In this document: positions 63,733-64,000 of the stretch, piece after piece
How positions within the stretch are numbered: position 1 is the stretch's first letter
Layout of the letters: every line of letters starts with the position of its first letter
Made by a program: the position numbers and the translations under genes
NCBI GenBank assembly: GCA_965202815.1
Contig: CBDBCD010000002.1
Span: forward strand, 678,921 to 742,920
Source: Dehalococcoidia bacterium
Lineage (GTDB): Bacteria; Chloroflexota; Dehalococcoidia; Lucifugimonadales; UBA1123
DNA: 64,000 nucleotides
Direction of reading: 5' to 3'
Notes under the pieces: generated by a model
The model's input: the letters and a program-made list of their open reading frames with translations, nothing else
What the model was told of the DNA's origin: nothing
Databases searched by the model: none

Positions 63733-64000
63733 CTAGGCAGGCTCCAGCAGAAATAACTCTCGCAGTCCGTCTTTCAATTCCAAGCGGTCGCGCACCAAGA
63801 AGCCACTGCATACTTCGGCTTCGAAATTCTCTGATGTGTAGTCAGAATAAGTCTCTTGTTTGTTAGCCAAGAGTTGCTGAAACATTTCATCATCTCGACT
63901 TATGAACTCCAGAATGACAGAGGCGTTCAGAGTTCGCAGCCAATCGAGAAACATAGAAATGGGTATATTCGCGGTGACGCGCATATGGTGAATCAGGGCG
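63733..64000 (-). CDS. C-terminal part of a probable class I SAM-dependent methyltransferase (5' end outside window)
   Basis: The frame stays open to the window edge. ALIHHM...ILEFISRDDEMFQQLL... resembles the C-terminal region of a methyltransferase family. Lower GC by eye. Confidence 0.4.
   Translation of the reverse strand, partial: ALIHHMRVTANIPISMFLDWLRTLNASVILEFISRDDEMFQQLLANKQETYSDYTSENFEAEVCSGFLVRDRLELKDGLRELFLLEPA

Overview
GC-rich bacterial chromosome fragment (about 55-60% GC by eye, not computed), densely coding, with no transposase, integrase, prophage or CRISPR array seen. The 16S sequence, the gene content and a cell-division cluster without peptidoglycan genes suggest a marine Chloroflexota/SAR202-like organism. 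This taxon call is a low-confidence inference and needs a 16S search.

Layout:
- 3.6-13.9 kb: one long minus-strand housekeeping block, rsmH-ftsA-ftsZ-nrdR-nrdJ-pdxA-DUF2786-proC-yggT-yggT.
- 14.2-18.4 kb: mogA, trmD and an ABC-2 transporter.
- 18-34 kb: accessory and metabolic genes. These include an SBP56 selenium-binding protein/methanethiol oxidase homologue, a sulfatase, trpB, tandem Uma2 nucleases, an ornithine cyclodeaminase-methyltransferase pair and a C5-cytosine methyltransferase, interleaved with toxin-antitoxin modules (HEPN/MNT, two HicAB pairs, a Gp49/RelE-like toxin, a TumE-like pair).
- 35.4-41.0 kb: hopanoid module hpnH-hpnG-shc, translationally coupled to a DUF35 / thiolase-fold pair.
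- 44.2-46.1 kb: 16S rRNA plus tRNA-Ala with no 23S or 5S downstream.
- 46.1-54.5 kb: plus-strand array of GPP34-like protein, PD-(D/E)xK nuclease, a second DUF35/thiolase pair, coiled-coil proteins, a small HAD protein and a low-GC McrBC restriction system.
- 54.5-64 kb: metabolic and envelope genes.

Most notable points:
- The hopanoid / DUF35 / cysteine-less thiolase-fold linkage.
- Arrays of degenerate tandem heptamers (NNNAAYT) in at least five intergenic regions.
- An orphan m5C methyltransferase with an unknown 132-aa partner, in the same region as McrBC.
- Mosaic tandem Uma2 paralogues.
- The unlinked 16S gene.
- The minimal cell-division (dcw) cluster.

All product calls come from by-eye motif and family recognition on the supplied translations. 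No database search was run.
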